Shown in pieces: positions 22,584-36,075 of a DNA stretch of 64,000 nt. The notes beneath the pieces are model-generated. The model was not told the origin of the DNA. It saw only the letters and a program-made list of their open reading frames with translations, and ran no database searches. Source of the DNA: Macrostomum lignano (lineage: Eukaryota); assembly GCA_002269645.1 (NCBI GenBank), contig NIVC01001371.1, positions 124,001 through 188,000 of the forward strand, given 5' to 3'. Both the position numbers and the translations under genes were made by a program. The number at the start of each line of letters is the position of its first letter. Position 1 is the first letter of the stretch.

Positions 22584-25500
22584 AAGTAGCAGTAGTAGTA
22601 GTAGTATTATACTATTAGAAGTAGTAGTATTAGTAGTAGTAGTAGCAGCAGTAGTAGTAGTAGTAGTAGTGTTCGAAGTAATAATAGTAGTATTAGAAGT
22701 AGTAATAGTAGTATTAGTAGTAGTGAGAGTGCTCAGGGATCAGCGGAATGAGCATCACTGCTTGTCTCCTGGCTGCCTGCGGGCCCACTATCGCGAACGC
22801 ATCTGAGGTTAAAATGTTAAAATGTACAGTGTCACATGTACAAACAGCACGTGACCAAATAGGAGGAATATAAGATAACAAACACAAGCACGGTCAAGCG
22901 CAACATCGCACGCAAACCTCACAACTATTGGGCATTGGCTTATTTTATCCAGGCTATTGAACGCTCTACGCCCAGGCTGCGTGAAGAAGATTAATCGATC
23001 GAAAAATCGTATTGCCGACTTGGTGAGTTAACTTTTTTAACTTCCTAATCTGCAAATGGTAGCATAAGAATTAGAGCTGTTGTCTACAGAATTATTCATG
23101 TTTCAGCATGTGGATTAAATCCATTTTTCCATACTAATCCTCTCGGCCCTCTTCACCTCTGGCACCTATCACCCCCCACTTTGATTATCCAACTCCTCAG
23201 GTTCCTCAGATTTGAATTCGATTTTAATTTTTGCCACCCCCCTCTTTTTCAACACATTCTTTTTTGACCTTCTGCCGTCTGGCATCCTGACCCCTCTCTT
23301 GTTTCTAACACTTCCTTCCGACCCCTTTCACTCTGACCCCCTGACCCTTTTCTCTCCTGACCCCCTGACCCCTTTTCCCTCTGACCCCTGAGCCTTTTCT
23401 CTCCTGACCCCCTGACTGACCCCTTTTCCCTCTGACCCCTGAGCCTTTTCTCTCCTGACCCCCTGACTGACCCCTTTTCCCTCTGACCCCTGAGCCTTTT
23501 CTCTCCTGACCCCTTTGCCTCTGACCCCTGAGCCTTTTCTTTCCTGACCCCCTGATCCCTTTTCCCTCTGACCCCTGAGCCTTTTCTCTCCTGACCCCCT
23601 GACCCCTTTTCCCTCTGACCCCTGAGCCTTTTCTCTCCTGACCCCTTTGCCTCTGACCCCTGAGCCTTTTCTCTCCTGACCCCCTGACCCCTTTTCCCTC
23701 TGACCCCTGAGCCTTTTCTTTCCTGACCCCCTGACCCCTTTTCCCTCTGACCCCTGAGCCTTTTCTTTCCTGACCCCCTGACCCCTTTTCCCTCTGACCC
23801 CTGAGCCTTTTCTCTCCTGACCCCCTGACTGACCCCTTTTCCCTCTGACCCCTGAGCCTTTTCTCTCCTGACCCTTTTTCCCTCCTGAGCCTTTCTCTCT
23901 TGTGTATTTTGACAAGTTGACAAATTCATTAATTTATATTTAATAATGTTCTGCAGCAGTGCGCGGCATCAGGGTAAGAAGCTCTGTTATTGACAAAAGT
24001 CTCAGAACTGCTTTCTTTGTCAATAATGATTGATTTTTATTATTGCTGTGGCTCAATAAAAAAGTTTTAAAACAATAACTATTTAGCAAATAGGATCAGT
24101 GCTAGTACTACTGCTAACTTAGTGTACTTTATTAGTACTTAATATAAATATAGCAATAATTTTCACCGTTTTGAAAGAGTGCAATCAGTTGTTACATTAT
24201 AACTCTTTACAGTTCTTAACTGGACTTATATAACAACCAATCTAACTTTTCTTTTTGTTAATTTCTACGATTTTATAATGAGAAAATGCTTTGCTTTTTT
24301 ATTACAGAATAGTTGAGCCAAGGCATGCATTTAATTATATGCGGTACAATTTTAGATGAACTGTTGGTATCCATTCGCGACCAGAACTCTGGTCGGGTTG
24401 GATCTTCTTCCGCTCTCCGCCCCCCCTCCCGCTTGTTCCACGAAATTGAATCTCCAACGCGCTTGAATCTTAGCTCTTAAGTAAATTAGTCTCAATGACA
24501 GGTACTGGTCCCCACAGATACTAAACTATATTTAGCAAAACTACTCTGTTCAGTAGCATGAGCGTAAAAAGCAACATTTATTTATTCAACTAGCTTCACT
24601 AGTGAATTTTGAGCCACTGCAAAGTTTGGCCATAGATAAAATAAATTTTTAATTCGTCAAAGTTGACACAACCTGCTAACGATTATTTTCTCCAAATATT
24701 TTCATTTCAAGACAAAAAATAATGCAAATACGTATGCGCTTATGCCATTGGAAACAGAAGTAGCAAGTCAAATTAGCACCAAGATAGTGCTGAGTAAACC
24801 ATCTTAGGGTATTCAGTATTCCATGGTGGTCCCATCATTTTCGCCAAATTAGAAAAAAACTGACAGGGATGCCTGGCGTGTCAAATGTAATTTCAGAGTT
24901 ATGAATTTTCTATTAAGAAAGTCTTTATTTAACTGTGATAAGTAGGCGTTTATTTAGAGTCTTGAGAAGATAGCAAAAGAAGGTTAACATGGAATTTAGC
25001 TCTGGCGCAGCTCAAACAAAACTTAGCTGTACAGGTTAGGATTCGGAGACCATAGATATATAATTAAAAGTCTGTTATAGAAAATTCTAGAAAGGAAACT
25101 TGGATTCACTTACTATAAATATAGAGTTGACTATTTTAAGATAAACATTACTTATAACATCTTTAACATTTTCTTTTAGGATAATAATAATAATTGATAA
25201 CACCTGCCCATATAGGCAGATGTGCAACCGACAGCTCAGCCGCAGCTAATGTGCAGCGCATCTGAAGGCTGCGTACGGCTGTCCAGTCCAAGGGGTCTCC
25301 ATACACCCTCAGTTACCCCAGCTAATGCTGGCACCCATTTTACAGCTGGGTGAACTGAAGCAATGCAGAGTTAAATGTCTTGCTCAAGGACAAAGATTTT
25401 TTCGATTGGGTCGGGAATCGAACCCCTGACCTTCAATTCGTAAATCCGACGCTTTAACCACTAGGCTAGAACCCCTACTAGGCTACAACCCCTATTAGGC

Positions 25501-28500
25501 TACAATCCCTACTAGGCTACAACCCCTACTAGGCTACAACCCCAATTAGGCTACAATCCCTACTAGGCTACAACCCCTATTAGGCTACAACCCCTAGTAG
25601 GCTACAACCCCTATTAGGCTACAACCCCTACTAGGCTACAACCCCTATTAGGCTACAACCCCTATTAGGCTACAACCCCTATTAGGCTATAACCCCTATT
25701 AGGCTACAACCCCTATTAGGCTACAACCCCTATTAGGCTACAACCCCTATTAGGCTACAACCCCTACTAGGCAACAACCCCTTCTACGAGTTCTTCTGCG
25801 AGTATATACAAAAATGAACCTTACTATTAGTAAGGTGTGCAATTAATCCGTGGGCAAAAAATTTAGCTGCTAGGCGAAAAGCATTGACTTACTGTTTTGA
25901 GTCGGAGTCCTCTGTATTTTCTTACTGTTATGAAATTAATTACGCTACATATCGGAACGTTGATCCACCGCTGTGAGGTAGGCTAGGATTTCTAAAGCGA
26001 TTTCTGGAGCCTCAAACGGAACGTCATTTAAATCAGTTGCATTTTAATTGCATATAAATCCTAGAGCAGATAAAAATAGAAATTTAACTCAATAAATAAT
26101 GATGATTTCAGGACAACCTGGCACTGTTCATACAGACCTGCGATCAGGTGTTTAACGTGCCAAAATTGTCCATGTTCGATGTGACTGATGTTGTCGAAGA
26201 TCTGTCAGAAAAATACAATCCGTACGTGCTTGTTAAACTGCGCAACTACTTATAGTACTTTAACCGTTTTTATCTGTACCCTATTTTTGTGTTAATACTT
26301 CTTGGCACTGATGAGAGGACGCAGTCTACGAAGATGAAAGGCGCTGCAAAAAGGTGTGCATTGTATTTTGAAAATAGAAATTCCTATTATCTTAAATCCC
26401 CATTTCCTATCCTGGATCCTGAATACAATTCCGGACACAAAATCCCATTCCTGACACAGAATTACATTTCTGACACTCCAATTCCCATTCCTGACACAGA
26501 ATTCCCATTCCTGACACAGAATCCCATTCCTGACACAGAATCCCATTTCTGACCCTCGAATTCCCATTCCTGACACAGAATCCCATTCCTGACACAAAAT
26601 TCCCATCCTGACACAGAATCCCATTCCTGACACAGAATACCATTTCTGACCTTCGAATTCTCATTTCTGATACAGAATCCCATCCTGACACAGAATCCCA
26701 TTCCTGACACAAAATCCCATTCCTGACACAGAATCCCATTCCTGACACAGAATCCCATTCCTGACACAGAATCCCATTCCTGACACAAAATCCCATTCCT
26801 GACACAGAATCCCATTCCTGACACAGAATCCCATTCCTGACACAGAATCCCATTCCTGACACAAAATCCCATTCCTGACACAGAATCCCATTCCTGACAC
26901 AGAATCCCATTCCTGACACAGAATCCCATTCCTGACACAGAATCCCATTCCTGACACAGAATCCCATTCCTGACACAGAATCCCATTCCTGACACAGAAT
27001 CCCATTCCTGACACAGAATCCCATTCCTGACACAGAATCCCATTCCTGACACAGAATCCCATTCCTGACACAGAATCCCATTCCTGACACAGAATCCCAT
27101 TCCTGACACAGAATCCCATTCCTGACACAGAATCCCATTCCTGACACAGAATCCCATTCCTGACACAGAATCCCATTCCTGACACAGAATCCCATTCCTG
27201 ACACAGAATCCCATTCCTGACACAGAATCCCATTCCTGACACAGAATCCCATTCCTGACACAGAATCCCATTCCTGACACAGAATCCCATTCCTGACACA
27301 GAATCCCATTCCTGACACAGAATCCCATTTCTGACCTTCGAATTCTCATTTCTGATACAGAATCCCATCCTGACACAGATTCCCATTCCTGACACAGAAT
27401 CCCATTCCTGACACAGAATCCCATTCCTGACACAGAATCCCATTCCTGACACAGAATCCCTTTCCTGACACAGAATACCATTTCTGACCTTCGAATTCTC
27501 ATTTCTGATACAGAATCCCATCCTGACACAGAATCCCATTCCTGACACAAAATCCCATTCCTGACACAGAATCCCATTCCTGACACAGAATCCCATTCCT
27601 GACACAGAATACCATTTCTGACCTTCGAATTCTCATTTCTGATACAGAATCCCATCCTGACACAGAATCCCATTCCTGACACAAAATCCCATTCCTGACA
27701 CAGAATCCCATTCCTGACACAGAATCCCATTCCTGACACAGAATACCATTTCTGACCTTCGAATTCTCATTTCTGATACAGAATCCCATCCTGACACAGA
27801 ATCCCATTCCTGACACAAAATCCCATTCCTGACACAGAATCCCATTCCTGACACAGAATCCCATTCCTGACACAGAATCCCATTCCTGACACAGAATCCC
27901 ATTCCTGACACAGAATCCCATTCGTGACACAGAATCCCATTCCTGACACAGAATCCCATTCCTGACACAGAATCCCATTCCTGACACAGAATCCCATTCC
28001 TGACACAGAACCCCATTTTATTTGACAGATTCTCACCTGCCTGCTACGACTGCACCGGTTCGTAGACTTGCGGCCATCAACTCCGCGTCTTGAACTGTCC
28101 GCCCTCATGGCTGTGCTTGGCGGTGGCGGCGGAGGTGGAGGCAGCCGACCCTCCAGCGCGGGTTCCGGGAAAAGAGAATCCTTAACTAGCGACGCCCCTC
28201 CAGCGGTCCAACTGACCCAATCCGTCCGAACGTCAGCTGCCGCGTCTAACGCCAATCCGTTACAGTTTGTCAAGCCGGAAGGCAACAAGCTGGTCCAGAC
28301 GGCCAGGCATCAGATTCAGGCTATTCAACGGAATAAAGAGGAGTTGGCTGAGACTGCCGCGGCAAAGGCAGCCGCCGCTGAAGCTTCCAGCGATGCCGAC
28401 GGAGACGCGTGGATTTCGGTAGAAGTGTTGGGATTTTTCTTGCAATACTAGTAGAGTTGACATGCTATCAATTGCTGGTATAAATCACTAATCTTTTCTG

Positions 28501-31500
28501 CCAAAAAGCTCAATAATCGCCCCCTGAAACACACCGAGAATCGTCCCCGAAACACACCGAGAATCTCCCCTGAAACACCGAGAATCGCCCCCTGAAACAC
28601 CGAGAATCGCCCCCGAAACACACCGAGAATCTGCCCTGAAATACACCGACAATCGCCCTGAAACACACAGAGAATCTCCCCTGAAACATCGACAATCTCC
28701 CCTGAAACACACCGAAAATCTCCCCTGAAACACACCGACAATCTCCCCTGAAACACACCGACAATCTCCTCTGAAACACACCGACAATCTCCCCTGAAAC
28801 ACACCGACAATCTCCTCTGAAACACACCGAAAATCTCCCCTGAAACACACCGACAATCTCCCCTGAAACACACCGACAATCGCCCTGAAACACACGGACA
28901 ATCTCCTCTGAAACACACCGACAATCGCCCTGAAACACACCGACAATCGCCCCTGAAACACACCGAGAATCGCCCCTGAAACACACCGAGAATCGCCCCT
29001 GATACATCTCCCATGCGCTCGAACCGCAGTCGCTAAACTGCTGGAAGGAGCGGCGCCGCCAGACGCTGCAAAACTCTGGCGCACTGCAGCGCCTCGGCCT
29101 GCTAGAAGAGCAAGAGGCCGCCGAGAGCCGTCGGGAAACCCAGCAGGCAATGGAGGCGGCCAGGTCGCGCAATAAATCAATCGGGCGAGCGCTCAAGGAG
29201 AGGTGAGCCACATTAATTTGAGGGCTTCGTGTACAGACATTTTCCTGGGACCTGGTCGTGCGATTCGCGCGCGTGAAGGCCCACCCTCAAGAAAGTCAAG
29301 GTCCCTGTACACCCTGTGTGAGCGTGACTGCTTGCATCCTCGCTGGCCGCGGGTCGACTGAAGCCTCCTGCAACTGATTAACTTACAAACTTCACAACGC
29401 TGATCTGCAGAGCCAGAAGTCTGGGCCATCTGGACTCCGAAGACTACGAGAAGGAATCGAAGAGTGATGAGCAATTATCAAATCAACTTCAATCAACTGA
29501 ATCCGAGTCTGACGAGCTTCATCATCAGCATCAGCATCGTTCGGCTACGGCGGCGTTCTTTGAGCGCCAACAATCGCAGCCGGCCCCGTCTAAGACGCCG
29601 TCACCGCCGCCGAAGCGACGCAGTCCTGTGGCGGCTTCCTTTGATCTTCGCCGATCGCCGCCCCAGTCGCCGAAGCGACGCAGTCCTGTGGCGGCTTCCT
29701 TTGATATTCGCCGATCGCCGCCCCAGTCGCCGAAGCGACGCAGTCCTGTGGCGGCTTCCTTTGATATTCGCCGATCGCCGCCCCAGTCGCCGAAGCGACG
29801 CAGTCCTGTGGCGGCTTCCTTTGATATTCGCCGATCGCCGCCCCAGTCGCCGAAGCGACGCAGTCCTGTGGCGGCTTCCTTTGATATTCGCCGATCGCCG
29901 CCCCAGTCGCCGAAGCGACGCAGTCCTGTGGCGGCTTCCTTTGATCTTCGCCGATCGCCGCCCCAGTCGCCGAAGCGACGCAGTCCTGTGGCGGCTTCCT
30001 TTGATATTCGCCAATCGCCGCCCCAGTCGCCGAAGCGCCATAGTTCTGTGGCGGCTTCCTTTGATCATCGAAAATCTCAGCCGGAAAATTCTCCGCCCCA
30101 GTCGCCGAAGCGGCAAAGTCAGGCGTCGTCGGGGGTTTCAGCAGGCTTTGATCGGCAGGTATTGCAGCCGGCTCCGAGTAAGTCGCCGCCTCCGCCCGAT
30201 CAGCTCTCCTCTTCATTCTCGGGCGTCCGAGTCGCTACCGGCATCGGCTTCAATTTGAGTTCGACCTCCGCCGCCGCCGCCGCCACCCCCAGCGCGGCTG
30301 GCAACTTGCCAACCTCGCCTCGGTCTGTGCCGCTGCCCTGGGAGCGCCGGCAGGAGTTTCGGCCAGTCAGCTCCAAGTTTAACGCCGCTATCGCTGCGGC
30401 AACGCCGCGCGGTCGTTACGCGGATGTGTCCGCTTCCGTGGTAAGGATTAAAGAGTCGGGCCCGTTGCCGGGGGTGGGGGGGCATTTTATGTTCACCGAA
30501 TTCCAAATTCTCCAATCGAATATCTCTTCACAAACTTCACATCCCATAGATTTTAGACTCCTAAATTTCGTATTCCCAAATTTTTTATCCCCAAATTTCA
30601 TACCCCAAATTTCATATCCCCAAATTTCATATCCCCAAATTTCATATCCCTAAGTTTCATATCCCTAAATTTCATATTCCAAGTTTCATATCCCCAAATT
30701 TCATATCCCCAAATTTTCATATCCCCAAATTTCATATCCCTAAGTTTCATATCCCTAAATTTCATATTCCAAGTTTCATATCCCTAAATTTCATATCCCC
30801 AAATTTCATACCCCCAAATTTCATACCCCCAAATTTCATATCCCCAAATTTCATATCCCTAAGTTTCATATCCCTAAATTTCATATTCCAAGTTTCATAT
30901 CCCCAAATTTCATATCCCCAAATTTTCATATCCCCAAATTTCATATCCCTAAGTTTCATATCCCTAAATTTCATATTCCAAGTTTCATATCCCTAAATTT
31001 CATATCCCCAAATTTCATACCCCCAAATTTCATACCCCCAAATTTCATATCCCCAAATTTCATACCCCCAAATTTCATATCCTTAAGTTTCATATCCCTA
31101 AATTTCATATTCCAAATTTCATATCCCAAAGTTTCATATCCCCAAATCTCATATCCCAAAATTTCATATCCCCGAGTTTCAAATTGCTGCAACTAACAAA
31201 AAGACTGTCATCACGTTTCCTATTTCAGCCGCACTCCGTTTATCAGCTTCCAATTCGCTGACTGCTGAAGGCCACCAGGTAGGCTTGTCGATTTTGCTGT
31301 ACTTTTATATCTAATTATTCTATTATTAGTTTTTACTTTGGTTTTTAATTTTAGGTTTACAAGTTTAGTCTATTCTGACGCAATGCAATTTTTATAGTGC
31401 TTCAGTTTACTCGTCTTTTTTGTGACTGCCGCTGTCCCTTAATCTCTATGTCTATGCAACTGGGGGTCTTTGTGAAACTGCAATCGGGGTCTTTGTGAAA

Positions 31501-34500
31501 CTGCAATCGGGGTCTTTGTGAAACTGCAATCGGGGTTCGTTGTGAAACTGCAATCGGGGTCTTTGTGAAACTGCAATCGGGGTTCGTTGTGAAACTGCAA
31601 TCGGCGTCTTTGTGAAACTGCAATCGGGGTTCGTTGTGAAACTGCAATCGGGGTTCGTTGTGAAACTGCAATCGGGGTCTTTGTGAAACTGCAATCGGGG
31701 TTCGTTGTGAAACTGCAATCGGGGTCTTTGTGAAACTGCAATCGGGGTCTTTGTGAAACTGCAATCGGGGTCTTTATGAAACTGCAATCGGGGTCTTTGT
31801 GAAACTGCAATCGGGGTCTTTGTGAAACTGCAATCGGGGTTCGTTATGAAACTGCAATCTGGGTCTTTGTGAAACTGCAATCGGGGTCTTTGTGAAACTG
31901 TAATCGGGGTCTTTGTGAAACTGCAATCGGGGTCTTTGTGAAACTGCAATCGGGGTCTTTGTGAAACTGTAATCGGGGTCTTTGTGAAACTGCAATCGGG
32001 GTCTTTGTGAAACTGCAATCGGGGTCTTTGTGAAACTGTAATCGGGGTCGTTGTGAAACTGCAATCGGGGTCTCTGTGAAACTGCAATCGGGGTCTTTGT
32101 GAAACTGCAATCGGGGTCTTTGTAAAACTGTAATCGGGGTCTTTGGAAAACTGAAACCGGGGGCTTTGTGAAACTGCAATCGGGGTCTTTGTGAAACTGC
32201 AATAGGGGTCGTTGTGAAACTGCAATCGGGGTCTTTGTGAAACTGCAATCGGGGTCTTTGTGAAACTGCAATAGGGGTCGTTGTGAAACTGCAATCGGGG
32301 TCTTTGTGAAACTGCAATCGGGGTCTTTGTAAAACTGTAATCGGGTCTTTGTGAAACTGCAATAGGGGTCTTTGTTCAATAAATCTTTGCATAGAGGTAC
32401 TATACAGTTCTCAGAAATTTTCAGTCAATGCCTTATTCAGTTTTTACTGTTTCTATTATTACATACTCATTTTTCGCGCAGTCATTCTGGTCAGGAAGGT
32501 GAGACAGCTGTGTCTTGGACAGTAACTGCTTAATCAGTACCAGAGAGCCCGGACTGCCGTAGCTTTCCAAGAATCGTCAGGGTAGCTTTCGAATTCCCGC
32601 GCTTTGTTGAAAATTGCATGTGTTTGTTTTTCTAACCATGCTACTCATAGCTCGTATGAGTAGGATGTTTTGTAAAATTGAGCGAAATTTTTCCCCCGCT
32701 TTTTCTGCTTTCTATTAGAAAGTTCAGCTCAATAGTGCAGCATACATAAATCTCGCATTGATGATTGCTGTGAAGATACTTTATAGATAGAAACCTGAGC
32801 TACTACTAGTAGTATGCGTGTGCAATACGCTCCAACTAATCGGTGATCTGCTTAGACTGCTGAGGAAAATTGGCATGCCGAATGTTGCTTATGAGTTTCA
32901 ATTGCTATAGGAGAATGCAACCGTGTTGTAAAATTACAATTATAATTTTTTGATAATTTTTTATAACAAATTAATTCAGAGAGAGCCGTCGCCACGTCGT
33001 CAGCTGGTGCAGCATCCGTCATCTGCAACGCAGCTGTTGCGTCAGTCGATGCCAGACAATGCTATTACTGGCAAGGACCCGCTTAAGGTTTGCTTGCCGC
33101 AATTTTTTCTCATCGTCCTACTTAACTAGTAGTATAATTAGAGCAAATTTAATTCTTTTTTATTTTCTTCTCAGAATCTAACAAACGGCGACGGCTCGTC
33201 GCAGCAGAAGCAGAGTCTGCAGCAATCGCCGCAGAAATTGCTGCAGAATCAAACAATAATGGAACAGCATCAGGATCAGAGATTGTCACGATTGGCGTGA
33301 GTGAATGATTGTCAAACTTTATTGATTTTAAGGTGTTCTTTTAAAGTCGGGGCCGCTGTACACCCTGTGTGAGCGAGTGCATGAGTGCGGGCCTGCGTAC
33401 AGCATTGGCGCGCTTGCATGTGCTTAGGAGTCAGCGGAATGGGCAGAATGGCCTCAGCGCCAGTTGTGTGGGTTATGATGTCGCCGTTTTCTACTCAATA
33501 ATAATAATAATAATTGATTACACCTGCCCTTATGGGCCAGATGTGCAACCGACAGCTCAGCCGCAGCTATTGCGCAGTCGTGATTCCGACGCTCTGACCA
33601 CTAGGCTACAATCCCCTACTCAACTTCTGCTCAAATTCCTCCAACAGACGCCGAGGCGAGCAGCTGAAGCACCGAAGTCAGTCAAGCGACAGCGGCCGAC
33701 TCAGCCGTCAGGAGCCAGGAGATGATGAAGCTCCGTCAGCTGTTGTTGCTGACCAGCGAGATTTCGACACCGAGTCACCGATCTCACCTCCGCAGCAACA
33801 GCCGCCGCCGCCGCCGCTGCCGCCCAGAATTAGCAGTGGCAGCATTGGCAATCTTCTACTACAGTCAGCGGCGCCAGCGCCCGCGCTAGTGGCGCCTCGG
33901 TCAACAGGCGCCAAGCAGCAGCGGGAGCGCCCGCTGTCAGTTAGCGGCAAGAAGCGCTGCTCGCATTGCTTCACGGAGCTGGGTAGGAGCCACTGTGTTA
34001 TGTTCTTTGAACTGCTGGGTTCAGCCTTGTAAAGACTGGGTTCGGTCTTGTAATGAATGGATTAGATATTGTAATGAATGGATTAGATATTGTAATGAAT
34101 GGATTAGATATTGTAATGAATGGATTAGATCTTGTAATGAATGGATTAGATCTTGTAATGAATGGATTAGATCTTGTAATGAATGGATTAGATATTGTAA
34201 TGAATGGATTAGATATTGTAATGAATGGATTAGATATTGTAATGAATGGATTAGATCTTGTAATGAATGGATTAGATATTGTAATGAATGGGTTAGATAT
34301 TGTAATGAATGGGTTAGATATTGTTATGAATGGATTAGATATTGTAATGAATGGATTAGATATTGTAATGAATGGATTAGATCTTGTAATGAATGGATTA
34401 GATCTTGTAATGAATGGATTAGATATTGTAATGAATGGATTAGATATTGTAATGAATGGATTAGATCTTGTAATGAATGGATTAGATCTTGTAATGAATG

Positions 34501-35604
34501 GATTAGATATTGTTATGAATGGATTAGATATTGTAATGAATGGATTAGATCTTGTAATGAATGGATTAGATCTTGTAATGAATGGATTAGATATTGTAAT
34601 GAATGGATTAGATCTTGTAATGAATGGATTAGATCTTGTAATGAATGGATTAGATCTTGTAATGAATGGATTAGATCTTGTAATGAATGGATTAGATCTT
34701 GTAATGAATGGATTAGATCTTGTAATGAATGGATTAGATATTGTAATGAATGGATTAGATCTTGTAATGAATGGATTAGATATTGTAATGAATGGATTAG
34801 ATCTTGTAATGAATGGATTAGATATTGTAATAAATGGATTAGATCTTGTAATGAATGGATAAGATCTTGTAATGAATGGATTAGATCTTGTAATGAATAG
34901 ATTAGATATTGTAATGAATAGATTAGATATTATAATGAATGGATTAGATCTTGTAATGAATGGATTAGATCTTGTAATGAATGGATTAGATATTGTAATG
35001 AATAGATTAGATATTATAATGAATGGATTAGATCTTGTAATGAATGGATTAGATCTTGTAATGAATAGATTAGATCTTGTAATGAATGGGTTAGATATTG
35101 TAATGAATGGGTTAGATATTGTAATGAATGGGTTAGATATTGTAATGAATGGGTTAGATATTATAATGAATGGGTTAGATATTGTAATGAATGGGTTAGA
35201 TATTGTAATGAATTGAATTCAGTCTTGTAATGAATGCATTCGATATTGCAGTAAACTTAAAATTAATAAGATTCAGTCAATATAATACTGTAATAAACCG
35301 GTAAGAATGGGTATCCTATTTATATAAGTATAAGCCTAAAATCGCTATATTTAGAAGGCTGCTTAGTTATCCATCACCTCCATCCCGCTGGCTGTCAATC
35401 ACCGCAGGCTCTGGCGGCGCCATGGCCATTGAGTCGCTTGGCCTGTACTATCACATCAAATGCTTCAAGTGTTGCGTGTGCAGCCTCCCGCTTGGCAACG
35501 GCACCACCGGAGCTGATGTCCGAGTTAGACGGGACCGACTGCACTGTCCGGCCTGTTTCAGCTCGGACGAAGGTATAATGAGCTCCGTGCTAGGCGTTGT
35601 TTAA
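22269..35604 (+). CDS. LMO7: LMO7/LIMCH1 (smallish-like) protein: N-terminal calponin-homology domain, low-complexity middle, C-terminal LIM domain; last exon uncertain
   Basis: Exons 22269-22501, 22953-23022, 26112-26221, a probable short exon near 26320-26353, 28029-28418, 29030-29202, 29411-30440, probable small exons near 31230, 32980 and 33175, then 33648-33982 and 35408-35572. Motifs: LTWIERSTG..LSDGVQLCELLNALRPGCVKKINR..DNLALFIQTC (CH); NPLQFVKP..WISSLNCWKERRR; PLSVSGKKRCSHC..LGSGGAMAIESLGLYYHIKCFKCCVC..LG.G..GADVRVRRDRLHCPAC (LIM). Confidence 0.88.
22545..22725. repeat. (AGT)n trinucleotide microsatellite
   Basis: Read directly. Confidence 0.95.
23310..23890. repeat. Pyrimidine-rich minisatellite, ~47-bp unit
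   Basis: CTCTGACCCCTGAGCCTTTTCTCTCCTGACCCCCTGACCCCTTTTCC repeated. Confidence 0.9.
25186..25480 (-). mobile_element. tRNA-derived CORE-type SINE, near full length
   Basis: Reverse strand reads TAGCCTAGTGGTT (A box) ... GGTTCGATTCCC (B box) ... TGTCCTTGAGCAAGACATTTAACTCTGCATTGCTTCAGTTCACCCAGCTGTAAAATGGG (similar to the MIR CORE domain) ... (ATT)n tail. Confidence 0.85.
25460..25780. repeat. 17-bp minisatellite (ATTAGGCTACAACCCCT) made from the SINE 5' end
   Basis: Contiguous with the SINE head; the unit matches CTAGGCTACAATCCCCTACT seen once at the end of the 33.6 kb SINE copy. Confidence 0.9.
26400..28015. repeat. 1.6-kb minisatellite, 19-bp unit (CCTGACACAGAATCCCATT) with interspersed variant cassettes
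   Basis: Read directly; explains the overlapping SGMGFCVRNG ORFs. Confidence 0.95.
28520..29000. repeat. Minisatellite, ~23-bp unit (CCCTGAAACACACCGACAATCTC)
   Basis: Read directly. Confidence 0.9.
30585..31175. repeat. Minisatellite, 15-bp unit (CCCCAAATTTCATAT)
   Basis: Read directly. Confidence 0.92.
31455..32375. repeat. Minisatellite, 23-bp unit (CTGCAATCGGGGTCTTTGTGAAA)
   Basis: Read directly. Confidence 0.95.
33497..33622 (-). mobile_element. Internally deleted SINE copy (tRNA head fused to 3' tail, CORE missing)
   Basis: The tail segment GATGTGCAACCGACAGCTCAGCCGCAGCTATTGCGCA joins directly to the head segment GTCGTGATTCCGACGCTCTGACCACTAGGCTA. Confidence 0.75.
34050..35215. repeat. 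Minisatellite, 21-bp unit (GTAATGAATGGATTAGAT[A/C]TT) in the intron splitting the LIM domain
   Basis: Read directly. Confidence 0.95.
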
Positions 35605-35764
35605 TAATGCGGTGACTTTTGTGGCCTTTCTTTGTGTGCTTTTCTGCATGCTTTCTTCTTTAGCAATTTCCTCTTGCTTGGTGGTGTAAAAATAGTCCAG
35701 TCCCGCGTTTTTTAGTTTGCTAATTATTATCTATTCAAATTTGAGACGCTTTGAGAGGGTTGTT

Positions 35765-36075
35765 ACATGCTTAATGAGAGGCCTGTTATATGCTTAGTGA
35801 GAGGGTTGTTATGTGCTTAGTGAGTGGGTTGTTATGTGCTTAGTGAGTGGGTTGTTATGTGCTTAGTGAGTGGGTTGTTATGTGCTTAGTGAGTGGGTTG
35901 TTATGTGCTTAGTGAGTGGGTTGTTATGTGCTTAGTGAGTGGGTTGTTATGTGCTTAGTGAGTGGGTTGTTATGTGCTTAGTGAGTGGGTTGTTATGTGC
36001 TTAGTGAGAGGGTTGCTATGTGCTTAGTGAGAGGGTTGCTATGTGCTTAGTGAGTGGGTTGTTATGTGCTTAGTG
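35765..36075. repeat. Minisatellite, 23-bp unit (GAGTGGGTTGTTATGTGCTTAGT)
   Basis: Read directly. Confidence 0.92.

Noticed and set aside
25400-25470. tRNA gene (A and B boxes present)
   Set aside because: It continues into CORE and tail sequence shared with other dispersed copies, so it is a SINE head, not a tRNA; likewise at ~56380-56430.
26400-28015. CRISPR-like arrays
   Set aside because: The repeats are head-to-tail with no unique spacers, there are no cas genes, and the context is eukaryotic introns.
33995-35216. Long repetitive ORFs (CNEWIRS / MNGLDIV) suggesting a repeat protein
   Set aside because: They come from a 21-bp minisatellite lying between two phase-matched LIM exons, so they are intronic. 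The same applies to ORFs at 478-961, 8156-8915, 23249-23929, 26292-28288, 28448-29211, 30762-32392 and 43557-43988.
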